Shown here: in pieces, positions 43,101-54,071 of the stretch | Layout: the number at the start of each line of letters is the position of its first letter | Numbering within the stretch: the first letter of the stretch is position 1 | The notes under the pieces: model-generated | Databases searched by the model: none | What the model saw: only the letters and a program-made list of their open reading frames with translations | Told to the model about the DNA's origin: nothing | Program-made: the position numbers and the translations under genes | Origin: Balanoglossus misakiensis | Lineage: Eukaryota; Animalia; Hemichordata | NCBI GenBank assembly: GCA_040954595.2 | Contig: CM082578.2 | Location: forward strand, 8,851,519-8,915,518 | Length of the DNA: 64,000 bases | Direction: 5' to 3'

Positions 43101-44240
43101 TTCCTGTTTGCCGAAAGCAAATATTATTTATGACGTAAATTTGAAAGTCAGACTACCCCAAATACATGTATATATCTTGAAATGGCAAGAAACCCAAACA
43201 GCTAATGTTGTTAAGGTTTGAAAATGTACGACTATACTATAATCTATACCAATGTAGGATATTTCGGATCATATCGACTGTTGCCCTTCATAGCGATCAC
43301 GTCGACATTATTCATATGTTTTGTACAAAAAATTCATACGTTTTGTACAGCAAATTGTCTATTCTGACCAAGTCAGCAATAACATGCAATGTAGTTGCGG
43401 TTTGCGTATATTTGATCCATGCATATAATAGAGATCACTGTCCGTGTCCGCCAATCCGAAAACCGGGGTGTCGGATGTCGGGAGTTGGTTTAATGATTGC
43501 TAAAACACGTAACTTATAGTTAACGGAAATTGCGAAATTGTCTTATTATTGCATGAGTCTTGGGGTAAGAATTTATGCAGGGGAGGACTATTATGACGGC
43601 GTAGGTTGGAGAACAAGTTCAAGTTTCCTGTCGTGTCTGAGGTGACACGCCAAGACAAGTTGAAGTTTTAGATGGACTCCCCACGGATAAGTCTCTGACT
43701 TGCGACACACACATGTCTTTGACCAAAACCCAATTATTGTGTTCATCAAGGATATTATTTAATTGAATTTATAAGAAATAAAATGCTAACTTTTTATTGC
43801 AAAACACTGAAGTTGGAGTGAAAAATCCACACTGGAACAATTTAATTATTGTTTTTCCCCTTTCCGCCAACAAATCACTAACTGCCCACACAGGGTCAGT
43901 GTACTTTTATGCAAATTTCCTATTTTGAATCTTGAGGGCTCATACGTATGGGGCCAAAGATGGCGGCTGCGGATGTCCTTTTGCATTTTATGAATTTGTT
44001 GTGAGCAGTCGTGTTCAATTAATTAGCTCACCAATTGATAAGTTAACAACGTTAATATAAAAATTGCACACCTATTTTCTCTCGTGTATGGCAGTCTTGA
44101 ATAATTTCATTCACCAGGAAAAATATCAAACAAATTGAATATTATAAAGTTTAAAAATCAACAAAATTCGTCCACAAATAACAGAAAATGTATTGAGGAA
44201 ACTTCTTCAAATGACTGCAGCCTTAAGTTCAAAATGTTGG

Positions 44241-44689
44241 GTGACGTCAGGAAAATTTCAAACGCTTGGTGGCGACATTTACAATTCCAGAACAGACTTC
44301 AATCTCTTTGCCTACCAGGTGCAATCTGTCTGGCAATGTAGACGCGTTTTCTATAAATATATATATTTAAATTATGTGAACGGGCGTCTTGTAAATGCAA
44401 TCGAGGTCACTTTTTGGCTAATTGTTTCTGATTGGTCTGTTTATGAGCACAACCGAAACAGGTAGACCACAGCACTTGTGATTGGTCAATGAGGCTCTGC
44501 ACTCCTGGAACAGGTGTGCAACGTAGACGCTCCAATTTACGTTGACCCGGACGTTGACCTAATTCAAGACGCCCGTTCGCAAAATTTAAATATATTGCAG
44601 ACAGATTGCACCTGGTAGGCAAAGAGATTGAGGTCTGTTCGGGAATTGTAAATGTCGCCACCAAGCGTTTGAAATTTTCGTGACGTCAC
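44241..44689. mobile_element. Foldback/MITE-like element with ~130-155 bp inverted arms
   Basis: 44241-44396 (gtgacgtcaggaaaatttcaaacgcttggtggcgacatttacaattcc...) is the reverse complement of about 44562-44689, with few mismatches and one indel. Confidence 0.85.
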
Positions 44690-47600
44690 TAATATTCATA
44701 ATACTACCAACTCCAAAAATCTCTAGATGCTTTTAATCTAACTAAAAAACGAGAGCGTCTATTTCTATAGCCGGCTGCTATAATAACTGACAGCAACTTA
44801 CAATACGCGACCAAATGGTCCAAAATGATTTACCCATGAGTTATTTTGCTCCTCCGACGACTGTGCTGAGCGAATTGTCTCCGGCGAGCGAGGTGGCACT
44901 GTTTCGTCTGTGCTGCATTGTTGCATGGATCAACAATGGGCATTGTCTGTGTACATATGCCCACATCTCGGACATGCCTCGCTGAAATCTCGGGTTTCCA
45001 GAGGGTTTCCACTATCATAACAAACGGCGGCCAAAGCAGCATAAAACCGGGCTAAAGAATTTATAAAATGTTGTAAAGCTGTTAAAATAGGACAAAGTCA
45101 CGCAGACTTTTTTTAAAACACTTTGCAAGTAGAGTTTTTGTGTTAGTTTAATTGCACGTGATGTAAATTCCGGCCATGAAAAAGTCCATCCAAAGGACTA
45201 CTTTATTTGTTGTTGTGATAGTGAAACAAGTTGAAGGCAAACTCAAAATTTACAGAAAATGGGAGGGCCTGGGGGCTTACCAAGCAAACTGCACTATGAT
45301 AATTTCAAGGTACCCGTTGATAGGATTAAAACCTTTATTCTCAAAGTTTGTATAACGTGACCACCCTAAGGCAGCCTGATAAAAAAAGACCTCCGCATTT
45401 CCAAGATCAAAGTCGCCCATCCGATATTATACATGTATTTTGAAGCGTTTTACTTGAGGGGTCCATCTGTGTTATTTGACGCATACTGACTAATCAATCT
45501 CATTTGCATATTATTCATCCAAAGGTAATAACATAAACATTTCATGACGAATATCATGACATGACATTAGTCTCGTAGTAAAAAAAACACCCAAAATCGA
45601 CTCGAGCTCTCATTACTTCGCCAATGGCATGACAGTTACATGCTTTAGCTTATCAATGCCCTACAAAACAAACAGGAAACCTTAATAGCATAACGTAAAC
45701 AGAAAAAAAAATTCTTTAAGAAAATGTGTCAATATTTGCGTTCGGTTCGTAAGCCGCATTTCGAATGATTCAGGGCGTACGATCGACGAGATTGGTGACG
45801 TAGACATAAGTCAGTCCAACCCGTTTAGTTTGCGACTGCGATGGGGAAGAAACAGTCACCCTTTTCGTTGCAAACCTGTTTTGTTTATACAGTACATGAA
45901 ATAAATGTAACTTTACCAAAGACATTTGCGATTAATAAGAGGGTAAACTTTATAGTGTGACGAGACCATGCGAATGTAAACACACGCGATTTAATAAACA
46001 TTTGGGTTTCTGGGTTTATTTTAATAATAATTATGAACACAAAGGGTTCAATTTTTTTCAATTTGACATTGACAAATATACCAAATTGTTTGTGCATCTT
46101 CTTAGGATGGGTGCATATGCATATTTAACAATGCACTGTTTTACTTGTTTGTTGAAATATCGAAGGAGAAAGAACAGGATTCGGAAGTATTTAAGTTAAA
46201 CCACTCAATTGGAAATATACTTTTATCACAAACGCACTTAAAGATCTGCTAATACTCAAACGCCTTTGCAATAAATGTCCCATGCATGGCTGCGCGCGCG
46301 TGCCAGCACGCAGCTAAACTCGTTATGCTATTCTGCAGGTGACCAGGTCTCAAGGCGGTAGGTTTCGATGAGATCCCAGTGACTGATGAAGATGGATGAT
46401 AGCCTATCGCATGAAATTAGTGACGCAAGACTGCATGGCGGCGAAGACTCGAAATTGCAAGAACTATATCATATCACGCCCTGGGATAAAAGTCTTCCAC
46501 AGGTGCAGTGCAGATGACAATGAAAGAATTCTCCTCGGGTGTCCATGGCAATCGAATAGCTTAATTAAAATTCCAAGTGGACAGGCAACACTATATGCTT
46601 GACTGTGTTTTTTGTTTTCTCGAAGTGAGTGTGTATGCAGCAACAGGTGGCCAGACCTGGATAGTGTGATCGTTTTCGGTAATCAACAGCTGAGATCTTA
46701 GAGGACGGACATGACATATGAACGAATGAAACACTTACCAAGCGATGCATGAAAAGAGACGGAGACACAAGCGTCTCACAAGGAACGTCACGGGAATTCC
46801 GATGCTGTTGTGGCGGCAACTTTTCTAGCGTCCCGCGAACGAAGTGTCTTGTGTTCCGCCCGTGTTGCAGCCCGTCGATCCGGATCAAAGCCGTCTACTG
46901 GTACAATAATCGGAACAAGGACGTCGACTTCTGAATCACGAAAACAAAGTCCCCGTTACAGAAGACAGGGGACGTTCGACCACACATTTCACAACCAGTC
47001 CACAACATAAAAGGAGTGGACTGTTATAAACCACTCCCCCTCCTTATGCAAACATTCTAATCGAATTCATTTCATTGTACACAAGATATAGTTTTTTTGT
47101 TTGCACGCAAGACCCATTCTAGTCAGCGTTGAACGGCATGCATGTGGGTTAACCGTCTCGAATTTCCAGCTGTGCCGATGGATCGGCTTTGTAAAGTCGT
47201 GACCCATTTGCGTTCACAAATGGACAAAAGTAGTTTCAAACACGAACCGTGTTTGAAATAAGCAGTGGCCCAGAGAAATGAATAAACCAGTCTCCTAATC
47301 GCCTTCAGTCAGAATATGGTCTCACTTCAATATTGAAACTACACAAAAAATTCTTTTAAGTGAACTTGAACATACCCGCAAATTGTCCAAAATTCAGTTT
47401 AGCTACTTGTAAATAAATAAAGGTGACACTGACCTTTGCCCTTGTACTGTACAGTTCAAGTACTATGTTGACTTTGTGATATGGTTTGCTCATCTGCAAA
47501 GTCTTGGAACAGATTAATAGATATTCCCAAAAGTTTGTTCTGGTTCAATACATTATAATGGCCAGAGCGCCCTCGACGACAAGCCGATGACGAATTTATC

Positions 47601-47760
47601 TTTCCGAATCTCAAATAAACGGAAATAAGATTTAGTTTTATTTAAATGGAAATAATGTATATTAAAAGGGAACCTTTCAATATTGCACATTCAATTTATG
47701 CTCCCCCTTCTTCACTCATTACACAAACTTTGATTTTACGGGATTCAAACTCATCATGAG

Positions 47761-47815
47761 CACACAAAGAAAAACAGTCAATCTTAAATCAATCAACTTG
47801 GTTGGAATTTTTATT
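47761..47815 (-). terminator. Probable SLMAP polyadenylation signal
   Basis: AATAAA on minus at 47810-47815 followed about 30 nt later by a U/GU-rich element (ctgtttttctttgtgtg); implies a ~2.1 kb 3'UTR. Confidence 0.6.
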
Positions 47816-49885
47816 GTAAAATTCATGACTTTCACTTTTTACAGGCATAACTTTTAATTAGCTTCAGCAATATTTTTAAAAACTAAAATTAACAAAACCA
47901 ACAAAAGCACTATTTTTTCTCTCTCTCTCTCTTTGAACAAGGTTATGATTTCATGTTTGCATTTATATACAGAACTGATTGGGGGACTCAAGAGAAATCT
48001 GTACGCATAATACAGCACAGAGAATCGACCCACGCAGTAAAAATACAATTACCACATAGCCCACGCAAATAATATTAGTTTAAGTCACAAATCAAAACAC
48101 TGGGTAATGGTTCTAATCAATACAGGGTAAAAATGATAGATAATATACGATTGGCTGTCTCAGAGAACACAAGCTAAAGAAACCTATTGCTGGGAAGTTT
48201 ACGGAACTACAGTACACTCCTTCCTGTGAGGGACGCCCCCTGGAGTAAATAACACCTTCCACTTTTGTTTTTACACTATAATTTTCTTCCCCAAGCTTGA
48301 ATAAACGAAACTAGAACTGTAAAATCAGTTTAAAGGGGCTGAAATAGTACTTCTTATGCTCTGAAGCAGAGTAATGAGCCATTCTTGGTTTCTGAATTAA
48401 ATTTAAATGAAAACAAAATGAGTGCATTTCATATATTTCCACACACAAAATAAGGAAAATTTGGCAACAAAGTTTGCATATTACAGTTTGATTATTGAAA
48501 AAACTAAGGAAAATGTAATACTGATTGATGACATGTATAGCTAAGCGGACCCCTTGTGTCCTTTTTAATTTGTGCAAGCCCCCCTCCCCCTCCCCCTCCC
48601 TACAGAGGCAATCATTGGTAGAGCTTTGGATTTCAACTCCTCTCCTTTCCCCAACACTAAACAGAAACATTCAAACTGAGTTCATCCAGTGTCGTCAGAA
48701 TGACATGAATGTCTTGATCACTTGATTGAATATCTGGAACTGCTACGGTTAAAAGTTAAAAGGCAAAATACCAAGAACGTGTTTCTCCCTTTTGTGACCC
48801 ATTCAGAGCATTTAGGTAAGGGAGACATTGTGAGATAAAACAACATTTGAGATTCTAAGCTTTAATGATGATAATGGAGGAATTGCTGGTTCTGATATTT
48901 GTTAGTATCAAAGGACAACAAGACAGCCAGTCATAATTGTGGATATGAATTCCTCAGAATGAGATCTGCTTCATCTTAATCTCTAACAGACCACAGACAA
49001 ACAATTTCCATCAATTCATGATGGGAGGGGGGGGGGGGGGGGCTGGAGGGGTGTGTGCGGAGGAGGGGGGGATCCCTGCACTGAATCTATAAAGAGTCTA
49101 CAGGCATGCATAGACTTTGATGTTTCTGATGTTTTTTTCCACTCTACTGACAAAGGTATGAAAACACCCACTCGCATACAAAAACCAAAATATGAAACTG
49201 CTGAATTCTCAGGCATAGATGCTATACCTTTCTCAAATCAAAGTTTCGCAGCAAGCCACAGTATTTGCATTAAATCTGAACCCATCACCCACATTTTTTT
49301 TCTTCTTCCACATCTTAAAACCTGGAAGAAATGTAAATTCTCTATATCTCCCTTCATTTTTTCCCCTTCTCTCTCTCTCTACAAGGAAAACGTGTAAAAA
49401 CACTCACACATCATGAAAAATATTTGATACTTAGGGAGATTGGGATGATGTACATTGTGTATAAAAATATCGACTGGCTAAAATAACCTCTCTGCTAAGG
49501 TACATAGTTTTCACAGATTACTTTTTTGGCATAAACCGGACATTCTCACTGGGACTCGGTGAAAGGTGCCTCTTGATATATATCAGCACTGTTTCTTTCA
49601 CCAATGATAACTACTGCAGCAAGAAAATATCAGTGGTAGATATCCACCCGGTGCCGTCTCGTCCTGGAACGTGCCTCCCACACCTCCCGGTTTCAAAAAT
49701 ACAGTGAGAGCGTGTACACTGATGGGCTCTGCTGTCTTTACATCCATAACCCTTGGAGCTACTGCAACCTGACTATTCTTTGATACAGTTTGGTGGTGTA
49801 CCCGCACGTACCACCTGCAACGCTGATTTCGCCGACTCTTATAATGTCCAAGCAGAGTTCACGATCACCACCATCATCATCATCA

Positions 49886-49999
49886 TCATGATAGCGTCTC
49901 CTCTGTCGATGTGTCCGGATCGCCAAACACCCCGGAAAATAATCTGGATAACATCGCGAATAATAATACTATTGCCGAGAGTATAACTACTGACGTGAC
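49886..49999 (-). CDS. SLMAP: SLMAP terminal coding exon, tail-anchor transmembrane segment
   Basis: cccag|GTC: VTSVVILSAIVLLFAMLSRLFSGVFGDPDTSTEETLS*, a hydrophobic C-terminal anchor as expected for SLMAP. Confidence 0.88.
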   Translation of the reverse strand, partial: VTSVVILSAIVLLFAMLSRLFSGVFGDPDTSTEETLS

Positions 50000-50114
50000 C
50001 TGGGCAGAAGAAAAACAGAAGTGAAACAAAAGATCAGTTTTTTGTCAAAAATAAAAACATGCAAATGATTTTGAAAAATGAAAAAAAAAAAAAAAACTCC
50101 AACTGGGTCTTCAC

Positions 50115-50249
50115 CTTGTTGGCCCTAGCTCCTATGTTCTCGTTTTCTATTTTCAACTGTTGCACTTCTTGATGGAGGTCATCCTTTTGTTTTTCACAGT
50201 CTTTACACCTTCTTTGGAGTTTTTCCGTTTCTTTGTTAGCTTCTGCCAG
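50115..50249 (-). CDS. SLMAP: SLMAP penultimate exon
   Basis: LAEANKETEKLQRRCKDCEKQKDDLHQEVQQLKIENENIGARANK; ccatcag acceptor, AAG|GTGAAG. Confidence 0.88.
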
Positions 50250-50425
50250 CTGATGGAAGAAAGAATAAAGAATTGGGTATCAGGAAACTACAGTAAGTTT
50301 CTCACCCGACTTACAATGTAAACCTATGTGTTGAACTCATTTCTGAAACATAGTAACACTTGCTGGACATACTGTTGTCAGTGTAACCCTCACACCTTTC
50401 CACCATTATTATTAAATTCTTTTAC

Positions 50426-50585
50426 CTCTCTCCTCGCCTTTTCCGTCTCTCTCCTTGCATCCTTCAAATCTTTCCTCCACGTGTTTTCCTTGTCTTCTAA
50501 TTTCACCCTCTCGGCTTCCAAGTCTTTGAACTGACTTTGAAGTCTGTTGAAGTCGTGCGTCAACCGGGAATTGTCCTTTTTGGAC
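50426..50585 (-). CDS. SLMAP: SLMAP exon, phase 2->0
   Basis: SKKDNSRLTHDFNRLQSQFKDLEAERVKLEDKENTWRKDLKDARRETEKARRE; GAG|GTAAAA. Confidence 0.88.
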
Positions 50586-51069
50586 CTTTACAAACATCAA
50601 CACGCAGTGAGTAACCAAAGAAGATACTTCAACTGTCCAAGCAAAGACTTAAAGAAGTATTTATGATGCATGATGTGGATACGAGAGACAGAACATCAGA
50701 TCACATCTGAGGTCTCCCTGTATTTCAATGTGGAAAAATTTTTGGTACTGGAATTCTTTCTCGAATGTTGTATATTACATTTGCATCTGGCCTGTATTAT
50801 TGTGTGACTGTACTGCCACGAAGTCATTAGATTATTTCCCCTGTAAACGTATCAAGGCCAATCATGGCAGGTTTACATTTCCGTTTTATTTTTTCCCCAA
50901 GAAATACAAACAACGAAAACAACTCTTCTGAATCTTTAACAGGTTCACTACCATGGTTTGGTCCAAATCGATTGTCTTCTATGGTTATGTTGGACCTCCC
51001 AAAAAAAGGGTGGGGTGTGTGTGAGACGGGTAAAGGACAAAATGAACATTACAGATTATTGGTACGTAC

Positions 51070-51145
51070 CTTCTGAGATCACTTTCAATGGCTTGAATCT
51101 TTTTCCTAAGGCTTATGCATTCCTCTCTTAGGCCGTTCAAATCAG
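51070..51145 (-). CDS. SLMAP: SLMAP exon, phase 1->2
   Basis: ADLNGLREECISLRKKIQAIESDLR(R); ttgcag acceptor, AG|GTACGT. Confidence 0.88.
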
Positions 51146-51851
51146 CTGCAATCAACAACAGATAGGTGTTGTTTATTATCATAAGAAAAAAACACCACAG
51201 AAGATGAAAAACAAGCAAACACACAGTGTGCAAAAATTGAAGACCTTAGCTAGATCAGTGGTGTAAAAGTCAAGCAGTTATGAAGTTAGCATTGTGTTTT
51301 ACTGAATGGGTGAAAATGGTCTTGTGTTTAATTAATAAAGACAATTACTGATTCACTAAAAACCTGAAATTGAAAATCACAAGAAATGACAGATTAGTTC
51401 AGAGTTCTCTCTTAGATGCTTTGCAATCTCTATGTTTTCATTCATGTAAGAGTATTCAATGAAGGTGCTATGTGAAATGTGGAGAGCGGTTACCAATGGT
51501 CTTGAAATCTAACACGATACATTTTCTTTTCTATTTCAAATTTAATGCTTTGTGTTTGTTTCCATTTCTGAAGGTGTAAACCGAGGGAAACAAAATCACA
51601 GGGTTTGTGTTCATAGGTGCAAAACTGCAGCATCACTTGATCGAAGCTCGAAATCTTCTAGAGGTGACTGTGTGTGTTGAGCAGTCGGTGAAGAATGACT
51701 TCAGGAAAAGAGGTTAGTAGAGAAATGGTGTCACAGAAAAAATAAGACATGGTGTTAATGTGGGGCAAGAAAGAAAACAAGCTACACTCAAAGCAAAAAA
51801 CAAACAAAACAACAACCCAAGAAAAAACAAACAAAACAACTGGAGAACCAC

Positions 51852-51947
51852 CTGGCATGTCAGAATCTGAGAAGGACAGCCGATTGAGATCGTCATCGTC
51901 TTCATTATCGCCATTCTCAGTGTCATCAGTATTGTCTGACGGAAGGT
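51852..51947 (-). CDS. SLMAP: SLMAP exon, 96 nt, acidic, phase 1-1
   Basis: Strong acceptor cttcccttctctccag|AC CTT: DLPSDNTDDTENGDNEDDDDLNRLSFSDSDMP; weaker donor G|GTGGTT. Confidence 0.75.
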
Positions 51948-52083
51948 CTGGAGAGAAGGGAAGGTAAAACATAGGGCACACGGGTGACAAAACGGATTGA
52001 TCAAATCAAAATAAATGGTGATACGCAACACAATATCACAACACCATGGACACAACTGACTGTTGGACAAAGCAATATTTAAA

Positions 52084-52745
52084 TAATAACACATGTTAGC
52101 GAGGGCAATATCATGATCTTTGGCCTGCACGAGGGATGGTGATCTCTGACCATAATATTGATGATGCCCGAGCCGCAGGCGAGGGCATCATCAATATTAT
52201 GGTCAGAGATCACCATCACGAGGGCAGGCCAAAGATCATGATATTGCCCGAGCATGACATGTGTTATTAATTTTATTATACCGAACATTTGACCATACAT
52301 ACAGCCTAGAGGGTTGCGTCCATGTCGTACATTGCAGGTTGCAGCGAACTAAAATATCTCGCCATACCTACTTCGAACTCAGATAATCTTGAGGAAACCG
52401 CGCTGTTGGTTGCGACTTTGGTGTATTTACTGCCCGTTTGCGGTAAAATATCGTCGGGTTGAACAGCTGTTAATCCTGTGTGTCGATTTGAAGCCATATA
52501 TGCGGGAGTTGACTGATCGTAAAGGAAGCCATTGAACGACAGTTTGTTATGCGCAGAAAAGATGCGCAGAACCTAAAACCCTTACTCAGCCTGCAATATT
52601 CTCTCAGCGCGCGCGTATCCCCGGCCCGTAGCCCCTACCTACGGGCCATATACTCTGTCAACCATGTAATATCACGTTCTTTTCTATGTCACGTGGTACG
52701 GTCTCAGCCAATCAATAGTATGGAATACAGAGTGAGGTATAATAA
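52084..52745. mobile_element. Non-autonomous element with a ~185 bp near-perfect palindrome
   Basis: Hairpin 52084-52269 (arms taataacacatg... / ...catgtgttatta, centre gcccgagccgcaggcgagggc); further inverted pair TTATTATACC (52273) / GGTATAATAA (52736); CpG-rich inside a CpG-poor intron. Confidence 0.7.
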
Positions 52746-52876
52746 TGTAGCATTCATCACAGCTGCAGAAACATTTTTTCTGTTTTCCTTGAAAACATTT
52801 AATATCTAAAATAGCCCATCTTCGTAATCTAAAATGATGTTGTTGAATCAGAAGATGATAGAACAACAGAACTCAC

Positions 52877-53023
52877 CTTTATTCCTTGTGGTCTCCTCCT
52901 CATATTTCTTGGTCTGTCTTTGCAGCTCTTTGGCAGCTTTGCTGGCGTGGTTGGCTTCCTGCGCCTGTTTCTGTCTTTCCTTCTTCTCTTTCTCCAGCGA
53001 TGCCTGCAGCTCTTTGAACTGAC
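52877..53023 (-). CDS. SLMAP: SLMAP exon, 147 nt (49 aa), phase 1-1
   Basis: SQFKELQASLEKEKKERQKQAQEANHASKAAKELQRQTKKYEEETTRNK; caccag acceptor, G|GTGAGT. Confidence 0.9.
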
Positions 53024-53222
53024 CTGGTGATGACAAAGAAGGCAAGGGTTCATAGGGGCCCACTGTATTTCAGTTTTCAGCAAGAATATCAGCAGCACCC
53101 AGGTAAAAGTTTACGCAGTCATTTTACAGGGCTCAAGACAGACGAACAAACAGACAGAAACCAGAGAGCTAGACCAAGGACACACACATCTATTACAACA
53201 TTCAATTCTGTTTCACTACACA

Positions 53223-53315
53223 TTAACCCTTTCACCACCATGGTTCCGTCCATACCCATGGTTTTCCATGGTGAGGCTGGACCCTTCAAGAGGGAACTGG
53301 GGGTGAAAGGGTTAA
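53223..53315. mobile_element. Short piggyBac-like MITE with TTAA target-site duplication
   Basis: TTAA-CCCTTTCACC...GGTGAAAGGG-TTAA; related degenerate copies at 20204-20296 and about 50936-51020, and a single end at 2646-2670. Confidence 0.75.
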
Positions 53316-53366
53316 ATAGCTAAGTGTTATAGATATTTCGTTTCACAAGACTTGACTAACACTTAC

Positions 53367-53429
53367 TTCTGAGCTGTTCTGTTTCATTGTGACTTTGTTT
53401 GGCAGATTGTTGTGCATCAAGCAATTGTT
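53367..53429 (-). CDS. SLMAP: SLMAP exon, 63 nt, phase 1-1
   Basis: tttcag|AA CAA: KQLLDAQQSAKQSHNETEQLR; A|GTAAGT. Confidence 0.88.
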
Positions 53430-53658
53430 CTGAAACAAACAAGAACAAAGGAATGCCGTCAGAAATCTGACACTGCAAAACATTGTCAAATGGTTGTGTG
53501 ACTGCATAGTTAGGGGTGTATCATTAGAGGTATCAAGATAGTCACCCCCTGGACATCAGTTAGAGGTACAGTTGGGGATAGGGTTTGGGTATTAGTCCCT
53601 AAATTTAATAGGAAACTAGTTTAAAAGGGAGAAAACACGAAAGACCACAAGCACTCAC

Positions 53659-53721
53659 TTCGGAGGTTTTCTGCTTCTTTGTGGTGGGCTTTTGCCGTTT
53701 CTTGTTCTTCAAGAAGTTGAT
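53659..53721 (-). CDS. SLMAP: SLMAP exon, 63 nt, phase 1-1
   Basis: catcag|AT CAA: DQLLEEQETAKAHHKEAENLR; A|GTGAGT. Confidence 0.88.
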
Positions 53722-54008
53722 CTGATGGTGATAAGTGAATGAGTATATTCAATATCACAGGAAATGGTGATTTGTGTACTGTGTGTAGGGGCTGTCACAC
53801 TCATCAGAATATTGAGTCTATCTTTCTGAAAGTGGTAACACACTGATAATACTGTTATCTCTGCCTCTGTCTGTCTTTACTGACATTTTTGTCTGCAATG
53901 GCATGCACGAAATTATCATGTAAATGATGTGGTCACTATCTTTGCCCCAAAACCAGTTAGACTTCTACCAGTGGTAGTAGTCTAACGTGGAGACACTGTG
54001 CATCTTAC

Positions 54009-54071
54009 CTCGAAGAGCAAGAATCTGTTCTCTGACTTCTTTGGCCGAGGCTTCTGCTTTGTTCAATTGCT
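54009..54071 (-). CDS. SLMAP: SLMAP exon, 63 nt, phase 1-1
   Basis: ccccacag|AG CAA: EQLNKAEASAKEVREQILALR; G|GTAAGA. Confidence 0.88.

Noticed and set aside
47854-48048. Hydrophobic ORF end (KIVLLLVLLILVF) as a second SLMAP tail anchor
   Set aside because: Derived from U-rich 3'UTR sequence; no suitable in-phase acceptor seen.
49874-49888. Tandem TGA as selenocysteine/readthrough codons
   Set aside because: Explained by a microsatellite; no SECIS recognised, and further stops follow.
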